The notes under the pieces are model-generated. The model was given only the letters and a program-made list of their open reading frames with translations. It searched no databases and was not told the origin of the DNA. Below are positions 18,070-27,615 of a stretch of 64,000 nt of DNA, piece after piece. The position numbers and the translations under genes are program-made. Each line of letters begins with the position of its first letter. Position 1 is the first letter of the stretch. Source of the DNA: a virus; IMG/VR virus record IMGVR_UViG_3300048589_001057, positions 1 through 64,000 of that record, one strand, 5' to 3'.

Positions 18070-19164
18070 ATGAAGCTATTAAAATTTACTCCCATAGGGA
18101 AAAGCCCTGAACTATTTAATATTGATAATATTAAGTTTTCTTATCCCGATGGCTCTGGTACAAAGTTTACTTACGACTACTTTGGTAAACTTAAGCCCAC
18201 CAGGGTATCAGAAAGTTATGAAACTTTCTTAGCTTCTATCCAGGAGAACCGGCCATTCAATATCGAAAATCTTGTGTTATCCATTTTGAACGTGGATTAC
18301 CGGGCATTTAATATACAGGCTAACTTACCCCTAAAATGGGTAGTAAGGGGAGAGCAAACTAGTAATGGTACTCTTCTGTATTGCCATGGCCAAGCCATCT
18401 CATTATCAGATGAACCTATAGTAGTAAGAGTAACTGAAACCATTGATGAGATTATATCCCTTCAAGCTTCACTAATTCCCTTATCCATATCATCCATAGG
18501 GGGGACTGAATATGAGTTAGTCATAAGTGATGCTGGCAAGTATTTACGATTTTTTAGCCCTAATCCAGTAAGTGTTTTTGTTCCTCCGCATGAAAACGTT
18601 CCGTTACCTATTGGTATACCCATTACTCTAGAACAAGCTGGTGAGGGAGTTATTACGGTAATGGCTAGTGAACTGCCAATCGCTACTATCAATGGGCTCC
18701 CTTGTTCTGGTGGGCAATATAAAACTCTTCAATTAATACAAGTCGAGGAAGATACTTGGACTTGCATAGGCGGGGTAACTCCAGAAATACAATGGGATTA
18801 TGAGGGGGTATTAGTAGCTGGCATGGTTGTTGAGGAAGAGGCTATAGTTACGGGTTATGCGGATACGCCTAATTTTGATACCTTAGGTACAATCAACCCC
18901 AGTCCAATTACTTTATCCAATAACCGGCAGGTTAATCTTCTAGTCCATGATAATGGGGGGGGAATGCTCGGGGTAGCAGGTTTACTAGCCCTTGAGGCTA
19001 CCGAATCCACTCCTGAAGCAGTAGGTTTTATACAGGTTTCCATTGACAATACTGTTTATGAAATTGGGGAATCCGGTATAGTAGAAATGGTGGAATCTCC
19101 ATTTACTGACGGCGTTGAATATAACATAAAAATTAGAGTTATGGAACAACCTTCAAATACCTAA
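18070..19164 (+). CDS. putative structural protein; N-domain paralog of 11341, fibre-like middle domain
   Basis: Shared N-terminal motifs; YELVISDAGK...Q.G.G...GQY..L......W..IG module seen in phage fibre proteins. Confidence 0.65.
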   Translation: MKLLKFTPIGKSPELFNIDNIKFSYPDGSGTKFTYDYFGKLKPTRVSESYETFLASIQENRPFNIENLVLSILNVDYRAFNIQANLPLKWVVRGEQTSNGTLLYCHGQAISLSDEPIVVRVTETIDEIISLQASLIPLSISSIGGTEYELVISDAGKYLRFFSPNPVSVFVPPHENVPLPIGIPITLEQAGEGVITVMASELPIATINGLPCSGGQYKTLQLIQVEEDTWTCIGGVTPEIQWDYEGVLVAGMVVEEEAIVTGYADTPNFDTLGTINPSPITLSNNRQVNLLVHDNGGGMLGVAGLLALEATESTPEAVGFIQVSIDNTVYEIGESGIVEMVESPFTDGVEYNIKIRVMEQPSNT

Positions 19165-19167
19165 ACC

Positions 19168-19380
19168 ATGTACACCGACCTCTTCTTCATTCTCTTCCTA
19201 TCAGTCACCGGATATTATCTGGCTGAATATATTAGGACTCTTATCACTAAGGACATAAGAAACCTTACTAAGTATTTAAGGTATTCACCAATCATTATGA
19301 TGGTCCTAGCTGTTCTTCTATTTCTAGCCCTCCTTGCTGATGGCACTTTGTTTAATACTCCAGTAACTAATTATTTCTAA
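19168..19380 (+). CDS. small 2-TM membrane protein
   Basis: Two hydrophobic segments. Confidence 0.6.
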   Translation: MYTDLFFILFLSVTGYYLAEYIRTLITKDIRNLTKYLRYSPIIMMVLAVLLFLALLADGTLFNTPVTNYF

Positions 19381-19382
19381 CC

Positions 19383-19721
19383 ATGAAACCATTTATCAAA
19401 GAATCCCTGACTGATACCAGAGGGTACCCTTCATCAACCCGGGTAATTGCCTACAGGCTGGCTCTGTGGTTTTTCCCCTTGTTTAATCTCCTATACATAG
19501 GGTTGCTTACCCTTATTATATATATGGTACTACGCCAAGGGAAAAGCATTGATGATGTGGTAGTTAGCTTTACCCTAACCACTTCAGGCTTTATACTTAG
19601 CCTTGATACCTTACTGTTGGGGTATGTGTTTGCCTCAAAGAGGACTGGCAAGTTAGCTGAAACTTCTGAGATAATTGAAATTGCCAAGGCCACTAATGCC
19701 GATCCATTGGTAGAAAAATAA
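19383..19721 (+). CDS. putative holin
   Basis: N-terminal SSTR motif, two TM helices and a charged C-terminus. Confidence 0.55.
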   Translation: MKPFIKESLTDTRGYPSSTRVIAYRLALWFFPLFNLLYIGLLTLIIYMVLRQGKSIDDVVVSFTLTTSGFILSLDTLLLGYVFASKRTGKLAETSEIIEIAKATNADPLVEK

Positions 19722-19785
19722 TTACAAGATTGGTATGTATTTATTATAACATAATGAACAAACAACAAACTTAAAAAAGACGGCC

Positions 19786-20511
19786 ATGCCTACATACTTA
19801 GGAAACAAAACAAAGGCTATATTTCTAAACACAGAAAGCCATAAGTTAGCTTTGGAATTTGAAGCTATCGGAAAAATTGGAGTGATCACAGTATCTGCTG
19901 ATTTAGTAGCTGCCGATGTGGTTGCCACCACTATCAACGGCCAAACTGCCACTGTTACCTGGGGCACAAGTCACCTTGCCACTATGACAGCTTTGGCTGT
20001 AGCCATTAAAGCTTTATCCGGAGTATCTTATGCTAAAGTACATGGGGCCACTAGCAGGATAATTTCTTTCCTCATGGCTGATGATTCTGTTATACCCGTT
20101 ATCACCAATACCTCAGTTACCAATGGGGGAGCAGGTACCGCAACTGTAATTACCAGTGTAATGGATGCTACTATTAATATAGGTACTCCAGTAATCCTAA
20201 TTGGGGTTGGTGAAAAAGTAGCCCCTGCGGCTTTGTATGACCATTTCGGCTTAACTTCGGCTATTGTCAACTTGATAGGTATTAGTATGCATTCTCCTGG
20301 ACCTGGAGAACTCCTAACCGTAATTATGAAGGGTTATGCCGTTATTTTCGCACAGGCTTCCTCAGGCGTAGCAGTTGGTCCAGTGGATTACAGCGGCCAT
20401 GATTCTACCACCGGGTATGATACCTATATAACCGGGACTTCATCGGCTTTGGGCTTTGCCCTTGATGCCGGGTCTGATGGGGATGTCATTAGGGTATTAC
20501 TCTGTAAATAA
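19786..20511 (+). CDS. capsid decoration / cement-like protein
   Basis: Immediately upstream of the MCP; ends GFALDAGSDGDVIRVL, typical of cement proteins. Confidence 0.65.
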   Translation: MPTYLGNKTKAIFLNTESHKLALEFEAIGKIGVITVSADLVAADVVATTINGQTATVTWGTSHLATMTALAVAIKALSGVSYAKVHGATSRIISFLMADDSVIPVITNTSVTNGGAGTATVITSVMDATINIGTPVILIGVGEKVAPAALYDHFGLTSAIVNLIGISMHSPGPGELLTVIMKGYAVIFAQASSGVAVGPVDYSGHDSTTGYDTYITGTSSALGFALDAGSDGDVIRVLLCK

Positions 20512-20557
20512 GCTCAAGCTCAGTTCATTTTAAATAAAGCAATTAACAAACTCTACC

Positions 20558-21661
20558 ATGGATATCACAAAATACGAACAATCCGAGTTCAGAGGTAAAA
20601 TCGAGGAAGCCGTAAGGTTCGGCTTAAACATCCGAAGTGATGCAAACCATCCCAAGGATATTTCATTACCTGAAATTATCAAGGAAAAATTCAATCTGGG
20701 CCTCTCAGATTTCCTGTTTGAACTGGGGATTAATCCTTCCGAGGACACTCTCCATAATATCTACACTGCCGTTGACAATGACATAAGGTGGTTAGTACCT
20801 GAATTTTTCCGCGAAGCTCTTTTGCTGGGTTACCGGGCAGCTCCAATATGGCCTTCAATTATTGCTTCCGAGGAGAATACCACTGGGTTGAGTCAAATCA
20901 TGCCATGGTATAATATGTCCGATGTAGCTCCAAGGAAAGTTGGAGAGGGCGAAACTATCCCGGTTGGTACGGTTTCTTATGGGAGTAAGAAATTCAGTAT
21001 TTACAAAATTGGTAGGGGTATTAAAATTACCGATGAAGTATCTCAGTATTCCAGCTTAAAACTGGTTTCCATTTTCCTCCGGGATTTTGGGGTAAAGTTT
21101 GGGCATGCTGCTGATACCCTTGCTATCGACACCCTTATTAATGGGGAACAAACTGACGGCTCAGAATCAGCTCCAGTAATCGGGGTTACCGACACTGTTG
21201 CTGGTAAACAATACAAGGATCTTCTCCGCTTATGGATTCGCTTGGCACGTATTGGTCGTACACCAACAACCATTATCGGGGGTGAGGCCGCTGCCTTAAG
21301 CACCCTGGATATGGATGAATTTAAGAAAAGGGAATCCGGTACAACGGAGAAGACCTTAGTACTAAAGACTCCTGTCCCCTCCTCTACTAATTACTTTATC
21401 CATGGTAATGTACCGCCAAACCAGGAGATCATGGTTGACCCAATGTCTGCCCTTATCAAGTTTAATGCCCAACCATTGAAGGTAGAATCCGAAAGGATCG
21501 TATCAAATCAAACTGAGGCCTTCTACGCTACCCTCACTACTGGGTTTGCTAAACTATTCCGCGATGCTGCGATCATTATGGATAGCAGTGTACTATTCTC
21601 CAGTTATGGATTCCCATCTTACTTGGATGTTGACCCATACCAAAACGTAACCATCGAGTAA
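20558..21661 (+). CDS. major capsid protein (HK97 fold)
   Basis: 367 aa; VGEGETIP, K.GRGIKITDE. Followed by a terminator. Confidence 0.9.
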   Translation: MDITKYEQSEFRGKIEEAVRFGLNIRSDANHPKDISLPEIIKEKFNLGLSDFLFELGINPSEDTLHNIYTAVDNDIRWLVPEFFREALLLGYRAAPIWPSIIASEENTTGLSQIMPWYNMSDVAPRKVGEGETIPVGTVSYGSKKFSIYKIGRGIKITDEVSQYSSLKLVSIFLRDFGVKFGHAADTLAIDTLINGEQTDGSESAPVIGVTDTVAGKQYKDLLRLWIRLARIGRTPTTIIGGEAAALSTLDMDEFKKRESGTTEKTLVLKTPVPSSTNYFIHGNVPPNQEIMVDPMSALIKFNAQPLKVESERIVSNQTEAFYATLTTGFAKLFRDAAIIMDSSVLFSSYGFPSYLDVDPYQNVTIE

Positions 21662-21669
21662 TGACTAGC

Positions 21670-21691
21670 GGGGGTTAACACCCCCACTTTT
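21670..21691 (+). terminator. intrinsic terminator after MCP
   Basis: GGGGG-TTAACA-CCCCC then ACTTTT. Confidence 0.6.
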
Positions 21692-21696
21692 CAAGT

Positions 21697-21710
21697 ACTA
21701 TTATTAATAA
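21697..21710 (+). promoter_or_regulatory. phage promoter-like motif (1 mismatch)
   Basis: ACTATTATTAATAA, 9 nt before the ATG at 21720. Confidence 0.6.
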
Positions 21711-21719
21711 ACCTACCAT

Positions 21720-22142
21720 ATGGAATATTTTAAATTAGGAGAAAAAGCCTCTATCTTTTATGACCCAAGTACCCAGGTACTTATTCGCCAGGGAGAAGTT
21801 CAGGCTTTTAAATCTTTACCGAAAAGCAAAAAGGTTGGGCTTGCTCGTCGTAATGGCCATATTACCTCAGCCTCTGAGGAAGAGTATAACAACTATTTGG
21901 CTACTCTGGATAATCCTGAAGATGCCCCGATAGTTGTTCCCTCTAAGCCAAAAACCAAGGATAAGGACAAGGATCTTTATGAGTACAATCCGGAACTTCT
22001 TACCCTAACCCCAGACCAGTTCCGTAAAAAACTGGCTGAGGAATCGGGATTCCTAGATGAGGACTTGGACCAGTTCGAGAAACTCAAAGACATCAAGAAA
22101 ATGATCAAACTCTTTGATGAGATCAACAAAGAATACCAGTAA
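21720..22142 (+). CDS. hypothetical virion-associated protein
   Basis: Position after MCP, with its own promoter motif and terminator. Confidence 0.65.
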   Translation: MEYFKLGEKASIFYDPSTQVLIRQGEVQAFKSLPKSKKVGLARRNGHITSASEEEYNNYLATLDNPEDAPIVVPSKPKTKDKDKDLYEYNPELLTLTPDQFRKKLAEESGFLDEDLDQFEKLKDIKKMIKLFDEINKEYQ

Positions 22143-22167
22143 CTTCAGTTTCCCATTACCAGCAAGG

Positions 22168-22199
22168 AAAGCCCTACCCTAAATGGGTGGGCTTTTTTT
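22168..22199 (+). terminator. intrinsic terminator
   Basis: AAAGCCC...GGGCTTT hairpin followed by a T-run. Confidence 0.75.
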
Positions 22200-22245
22200 A
22201 TGTTAAAGCCATGGCATACACTCCTCATTAGAACCCTCCACAAGT

Positions 22246-22755
22246 ATGGACATACTAGCCACTATTGCCTCACGGATTCCCAGTGACCTTTTACCAGATT
22301 CATCGGTATTATCCGACTACCTTACTAAGTGGAAACTATTCATAGCTCCATTGCTAGACCCAGAAATTCCAATCGACCTCATATTTGATGACAGTAGCTG
22401 GCCATTACTAGCCGCTGAGTTATTGGTTAGTTTGGTTATATATGAGGTATTGGATATTTCAATAAAGGCTTACCTTCTATCAGCTGTGGGTTCTACTACC
22501 TCATCTACAGGAAGTACAGGAATTGTTAAGAAGGTAGTTACTGGGCCAACCGAAGCTGAATTCTTTTCCCCAAAAGAAACCATGTCAGAAGTTATTAAGC
22601 CTGGGGGATTATTCTACATTACTAAAGATACAGTCTGTATGCTGGCAAGTAGGTTGAATATAACCCTATATATTTGCCCAGATTTAAATCGCCCAGTAAT
22701 TGCTCCTGATGTTCATAAGAAGCCTCATAAAAGACACCTACATTTCCCTAACTAA
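22246..22755 (+). CDS. putative head-tail adaptor
   Basis: Synteny and size. Confidence 0.55.
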   Translation: MDILATIASRIPSDLLPDSSVLSDYLTKWKLFIAPLLDPEIPIDLIFDDSSWPLLAAELLVSLVIYEVLDISIKAYLLSAVGSTTSSTGSTGIVKKVVTGPTEAEFFSPKETMSEVIKPGGLFYITKDTVCMLASRLNITLYICPDLNRPVIAPDVHKKPHKRHLHFPN

Positions 22756-22761
22756 TATACT

Positions 22762-23250
22762 ATGCTAACTAATGCTCAATGGGCTGCGTACAGGCAGGTA
22801 ATCAATGCAGCTAGTTTATCTTTTAATCAAGAAGTTATTATTTGGAATAGAGCTAGTATAAAACTAGACAGGGATGGGGATGACACTATTAAACCCACAT
22901 TTTTCCAACAGCCCCTAAATGCTTTAATCCAATATAACGTAGCCCGGACATGGCCCATCGATAAGTCTACTGATACAGGTTTAATCGACAACCAGTCTGT
23001 GGCTATCATCCTGAATAAGGATTATCTTGCAGGATTAGGATTTATTAACCCATCCAACAATTTTGACTTCGACCCTGGATTTGACTACTTCACAGTACAG
23101 GGGGTAAACTATAAAAAAATGGGGGATACCCCAGCTGCACAAGCCGGTGATGACCCCTTATTAGTATACCTCATATGCGAAAGGATGAGAGTTGAATCCG
23201 CTCAACCCCACTATGGGCCAGCTAGTGGTATTACCCCTGAAGTAGATTAA
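22762..23250 (+). CDS. putative head closure protein
   Basis: Synteny and size. Confidence 0.5.
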   Translation: MLTNAQWAAYRQVINAASLSFNQEVIIWNRASIKLDRDGDDTIKPTFFQQPLNALIQYNVARTWPIDKSTDTGLIDNQSVAIILNKDYLAGLGFINPSNNFDFDPGFDYFTVQGVNYKKMGDTPAAQAGDDPLLVYLICERMRVESAQPHYGPASGITPEVD

Positions 23251-23252
23251 CC

Positions 23253-23843
23253 ATGGCAGTACAAGTTGGCCAGAGTAAATACAAGGAAGGCGTAATAGGG
23301 GATTTCTATACCCGTAATATTACTGCTAACACCAAAATTGAATGGCTGGGTAATTGGGATAGGGTAGCTAGGATATTTAATGGGTTACCACAAGATATTA
23401 AGATTGTAACCCACCAAGCAATCCTAGAATACGCCAATAAGTACTACCATTCAGTAATCGGGGCTATTAATAACAATGGTGGTAGTGCTGTTAAATGGAA
23501 ACCTTATTCAAGGGGGTATGCTGCGGCAAAGAGAAAAAAAGGGTTACATGGGTTCCCATCCTTCTATAGACTAAAGGGAATGTTAGTGAAAGCTATAAAG
23601 GTTGAAACCCACGTACGGGGCCAGGTTAGAGTCACCATAAATAAAAACGCCCAGATGAGCAATTCTGATACTTCCCTTAATGCCTCTCAACTAATGAATA
23701 TCCTGGAACATGGTTCAGTATCTCGGGGTATTAGTAAGCGGCCTTTATTCGGGCCAGTATGGTCTAGTATGGGTGGGAATAAGGCCTTATCCAAGTTTGT
23801 ATCAGAACGTATAGGACGTAAAATCATAACTTACAGAAGCTAA
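23253..23843 (+). CDS. putative neck / tail completion protein
   Basis: LEHGS......RPLF.P motif, basic, synteny. Confidence 0.65.
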   Translation: MAVQVGQSKYKEGVIGDFYTRNITANTKIEWLGNWDRVARIFNGLPQDIKIVTHQAILEYANKYYHSVIGAINNNGGSAVKWKPYSRGYAAAKRKKGLHGFPSFYRLKGMLVKAIKVETHVRGQVRVTINKNAQMSNSDTSLNASQLMNILEHGSVSRGISKRPLFGPVWSSMGGNKALSKFVSERIGRKIITYRS

Positions 23844-23844
23844 G

Positions 23845-24540
23845 ATGTCAGACTTACCCCTTATTGATTTACAAGAGGTTATAGAAGTAACCATATTTAA
23901 AACTATCTTAGCTGAATTAGTGGATAAGGGTTATACTCCAGATATAACAGATATATCCACTTATCCAGATTCAGTTGCTGGACAAGCCGCATATAATGCT
24001 AGTAAAGCCAGTATCATAAGTACCAAGGGTTTTTGTGTGGATTTATTCAATATGAGTAACCCAGATTATAAAGGCTTAAAGGACTTACCCAGGATAGTTT
24101 TAATATTCGATGATCCTGTTCCAGGAGATATTGGGTTGGACCAAAAAATAGACTCAGCCCCATCAGGATTAAGCTTTTCTGTTAAACGCCCTCCAGAAAT
24201 TTTTGATCTCCCATTCTCAGTTTACCTAATCTCTAATAACTCAAAACAGAGAAGGGTTTTAATTGGTATACTAGCTAATTCCCTACCAACTAAGGGGTAC
24301 ATACCCATATATCCCAGGTACTCTTATAGGGGGTTTAATATATTCATTGACCAGCTTAATACTAGTACCATACCCTCAGCTATAGATGGATTAATGGAAA
24401 GAGCTTATGCCTATATAGTGAAGGACCTTTTACTGATAGAATATGAGAAAGCTTTTGATGATTTCGGTATTCTATCACAAATTACAGTTGACATGGAAAT
24501 CCAACAAAGGCTGACTTCCTTTCAAGTTAGAGATGCTTAG
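23845..24540 (+). CDS. putative tail terminator
   Basis: Directly upstream of the sheath; LPRI motif. Confidence 0.5.
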   Translation: MSDLPLIDLQEVIEVTIFKTILAELVDKGYTPDITDISTYPDSVAGQAAYNASKASIISTKGFCVDLFNMSNPDYKGLKDLPRIVLIFDDPVPGDIGLDQKIDSAPSGLSFSVKRPPEIFDLPFSVYLISNNSKQRRVLIGILANSLPTKGYIPIYPRYSYRGFNIFIDQLNTSTIPSAIDGLMERAYAYIVKDLLLIEYEKAFDDFGILSQITVDMEIQQRLTSFQVRDA

Positions 24541-24602
24541 AGTCCAATACTATCAGGCATATCACCACAAGATTAATTCTTATACAATAAAGATTAATAG
24601 AG

Positions 24603-26126
24603 ATGAACGTAACTAGCCAGATTAAATTCAACCTCCTAAATGAGGCTGTTGGTGTTTCTTCCCCTTCTCAAGGTATTATCTTCGTTGAAGGTCTTACTTT
24701 AAGGGGCCCAATAAATGATCCCTCAGAAATCATCACATCCCCCAAAAGATTCAGGGCTTTATTTGGGGATACAAATATAGCTTCTTTATTTCCAGTTATC
24801 TGTATGGGTATGCTGGAGAGAGGGGCTTATCTTAGGGTTAATCGCATAGCCACTGGTACTCCGGTTACCGCTACTGCCACTGCTTTTACAGACGGGGCAA
24901 TACCGGTATTTCAGATTTTGGCTAAATACCCTGGGGTTGACTACAATAATATAAAGGTTACTGTAGGTGATGCCACTAATGGGGATGCCAATTCCTTTAA
25001 CTTAACAGTTGAGCACTTGGTAGATACTACCATGGTAGAGAAATATGAGAATTTAAAAATTCCAGGAGTACCTACTGTGGCTGGTTCTGAGTACCTTAAG
25101 AAAGTAACCGCTAATTCATCTTTGGTTACTGTTGTATATTCAGACCTCTCCGCTCAAACTGCCCCTATCAGACCGGACAATGCTAATAAGACTTTAAGTA
25201 CTGGAAGTGATGGTAGTACCCCAGCAGTAGCAGATTATATTGGTACTAAAGCTTTACAAACTGGCTTTTATGCTTTTGATCCTTATGATGACTCATATGC
25301 TCTGGTATGCCCAGCAGTAAGTGAAGGGGATTTAGAGGGGTTAACCGCGGGGGGCGATAGCTATGCCGATAATCGCCAAGATCTAGTTTACTATGCTCAC
25401 TTAGGCTTGGATAATATCAGTACTACTGCTTTACTTGCAGAGAAGCCGGCTATCAACAATATGTATACAATGATTACTTCCGGGGGTTTATATCAAACTC
25501 ACCCAACTAGTGGTGAAGTTATTGAAATACCCGAGATTGGTTATGCCTTAGCAAGAATGGCTAAAGTTCATCGGGAATATGGTGAATGGTATTCATTCTT
25601 CGGCCCATCTCTTGGGGATATTTCCGGTACCTTGGGAGCCGTCAATAACTTCGGTAGTTCCGCCCTGCTTGCAGACTTAAACCTACTGGCTCAACGCCAA
25701 ATCAATATGATGGTTACCCGGAATGGGTTAACCTATCTAGCTGATGCTTATACATCTGAAGTGGATGAAAGCCCAGTTAACCATGTTTCAATAGTTAACC
25801 TGATCCTGTTTATTAAGAAATCCCTAAAGCCAACATTGGAAAGGTTCATTGGTTTACCTTTAGATTTTACTCTAATCCAGTCAATATTCTATACTGTAAA
25901 ACCCCTATTTGATTCTTTGGTAGCCGGTAGAGCATTATTCGACTATGCCTGGGAGGGTGACCAATATGCTAGTTCCTTAAGTGATTTACAGGTAAACGAT
26001 CCCATAGATTTTGGTATGGGTAGGTACAAGGTTAACCTAAGGATTATCCCAATTTCTCCTTTGAAAGAAATCACCATCAATATTATCCTCACATCTGCTG
26101 GGGTAGAGTTAACTACTAATAATTAA
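24603..26126 (+). CDS. contractile tail sheath protein
   Basis: G.T.RGPINDP..ITS...F..LFG, AKYPG..YN, sheath-like C-terminus. Confidence 0.9.
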   Translation: MNVTSQIKFNLLNEAVGVSSPSQGIIFVEGLTLRGPINDPSEIITSPKRFRALFGDTNIASLFPVICMGMLERGAYLRVNRIATGTPVTATATAFTDGAIPVFQILAKYPGVDYNNIKVTVGDATNGDANSFNLTVEHLVDTTMVEKYENLKIPGVPTVAGSEYLKKVTANSSLVTVVYSDLSAQTAPIRPDNANKTLSTGSDGSTPAVADYIGTKALQTGFYAFDPYDDSYALVCPAVSEGDLEGLTAGGDSYADNRQDLVYYAHLGLDNISTTALLAEKPAINNMYTMITSGGLYQTHPTSGEVIEIPEIGYALARMAKVHREYGEWYSFFGPSLGDISGTLGAVNNFGSSALLADLNLLAQRQINMMVTRNGLTYLADAYTSEVDESPVNHVSIVNLILFIKKSLKPTLERFIGLPLDFTLIQSIFYTVKPLFDSLVAGRALFDYAWEGDQYASSLSDLQVNDPIDFGMGRYKVNLRIIPISPLKEITINIILTSAGVELTTNN

Positions 26127-26130
26127 AAAA

Positions 26131-26601
26131 ATGGCAAAGATATCAAATCCCCGGAAGGGCTTTAATTTCAGCATTTCTTTTCCCCAACTATATATCAATC
26201 CTTTCCTGTTTCAACAGGTAGACTTACCGGATTCTGAAGTTGAGGTAGTAGAACATGCCGATAGCAATTTCGATGTAAAAACTGGTGGCCGTAGGAAAAT
26301 TGGCAATATCACTTTGGAAAAGCTCCTAACAACTAATCGTGGGAGCGAGGGTAATTATTTTTGGGATTGGCATGATTCCATTGCTAATGCCCATCTAGGA
26401 GGTGGTCTACCACCAATAGAATATTGGAGAACCATGATAGTCGAGGAATTGGCTGAAGATGGAGTAACCCCAATCGCCAGGTGGGTATGCGAGAATGTAT
26501 GGCCACACAAGATAGATGGCCAAAGCCATGCCCGTAAGAGTTCAGATAATACAATTGAAAAAATCGAGATGTCAGTGGAGAAAGTAAGTAAAATATATTA
26601 A
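26131..26601 (+). CDS. tail tube protein (T4 gp19-like)
   Basis: NPRKGFNF, GNITLEK, W...NVWP.K, IEKIEMSVE. Confidence 0.9.
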   Translation: MAKISNPRKGFNFSISFPQLYINPFLFQQVDLPDSEVEVVEHADSNFDVKTGGRRKIGNITLEKLLTTNRGSEGNYFWDWHDSIANAHLGGGLPPIEYWRTMIVEELAEDGVTPIARWVCENVWPHKIDGQSHARKSSDNTIEKIEMSVEKVSKIY

Positions 26602-26623
26602 TCCACACTACTTCTTAAATGCC

Positions 26624-26660
26624 GGGGAACTATTAATAATAAAAGTAGTTCCCCTTATTT
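26624..26660 (+). terminator. terminator-like hairpin overlapping the ACTATTAATAATAA motif
   Basis: GGGGAACTA-N13-TAGTTCCCC TTATTT; motif at 26629-26642. Confidence 0.65.
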
Positions 26661-26681
26661 ATTTACCCTAACCCCAAAACA

Positions 26682-27476
26682 ATGGAACAGTCAATTTTAG
26701 TAGAATTGGTTAAGCAGTATGGCCAAGTAAAAGACATGATACTACCTTCAGGTATTGAGGTAGTTATCCGTGAACAAAATGGTGAGGATGAATCCTTACT
26801 ATCTAACGTGGCTTTAAGTAAAAGCAGTGACTCCCTGAATTCATTCATCAGAGCCATGATAGTTTACCTTCCTACAGCAGTTAATCCTAATAGCCCTACC
26901 CTAGATGAGATAATGGTACGGCCATTGAATGATAAGTATTTCATCTTAATAGCCTCCAGGATTTTCTCTCTCGGGTCAACCCTCGAGTTCAATTACTCTT
27001 GGGGAAAAGACACTGAGCCAGTAGCTTATAAAGAAGACCTTGAACAATACATCTGGGATTATTCTAAGCCATTACCCAAACTGGGTGAGCCTGATTATTT
27101 TGAACAACGTATACCAAAATACGAATCCATTGACTCACATCACATGTTAACCCTGTCTAGTGGTAAGGTAGTTAGGTACAAACCCCTTGATTCTTATGGG
27201 GAGAAATACCTTCTAAAACTACCTGATACAGAAAAACACATAAATCAAAAAGTCCTTGCCAGGGGATTGGAAATAAAGGTAAATGGTGAATTCACTCCAG
27301 TGGAATCCTTCGCTAATTTCAAATCCCGGGAGATGGCGGAAATCAGGGATCATATTGATAAGCATGACCCAGAATTTGCTGGTTTAACTGAATTAGAAAA
27401 CCCCTATAATGCTGGGGAAATCGAGGTAATATCCATTATCCAGATACAGGATTTTTTCTTTCCACGGGGGATGTAG
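26682..27476 (+). CDS. tail assembly chaperone
   Basis: Between tube and tape measure; slippery T TTT TTC near the 3' end. Confidence 0.75.
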   Translation: MEQSILVELVKQYGQVKDMILPSGIEVVIREQNGEDESLLSNVALSKSSDSLNSFIRAMIVYLPTAVNPNSPTLDEIMVRPLNDKYFILIASRIFSLGSTLEFNYSWGKDTEPVAYKEDLEQYIWDYSKPLPKLGEPDYFEQRIPKYESIDSHHMLTLSSGKVVRYKPLDSYGEKYLLKLPDTEKHINQKVLARGLEIKVNGEFTPVESFANFKSREMAEIRDHIDKHDPEFAGLTELENPYNAGEIEVISIIQIQDFFFPRGM

Positions 27477-27613
27477 AATGGGAGTTTTTCTTTTTATCCC
27501 AATTCAATATGCACATTCCTCTAAAAGAGTTAAGGTTACTCCCTCTCTCTACCAGAAAAAAACTTCTAGGCTGGGCTAAAATAGAGAATGAGAAGTACAA
27601 AAAACTCCTTTAA
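27452..27613 (+). other. -1 frameshift site and chaperone extension (gpG/GT-like)
   Basis: TTTTTTC at 27452-27458; the -1 frame stays open to TAA at 27611-27613, just before the TMP start. Confidence 0.7.
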
Positions 27614-27615
27614 CT

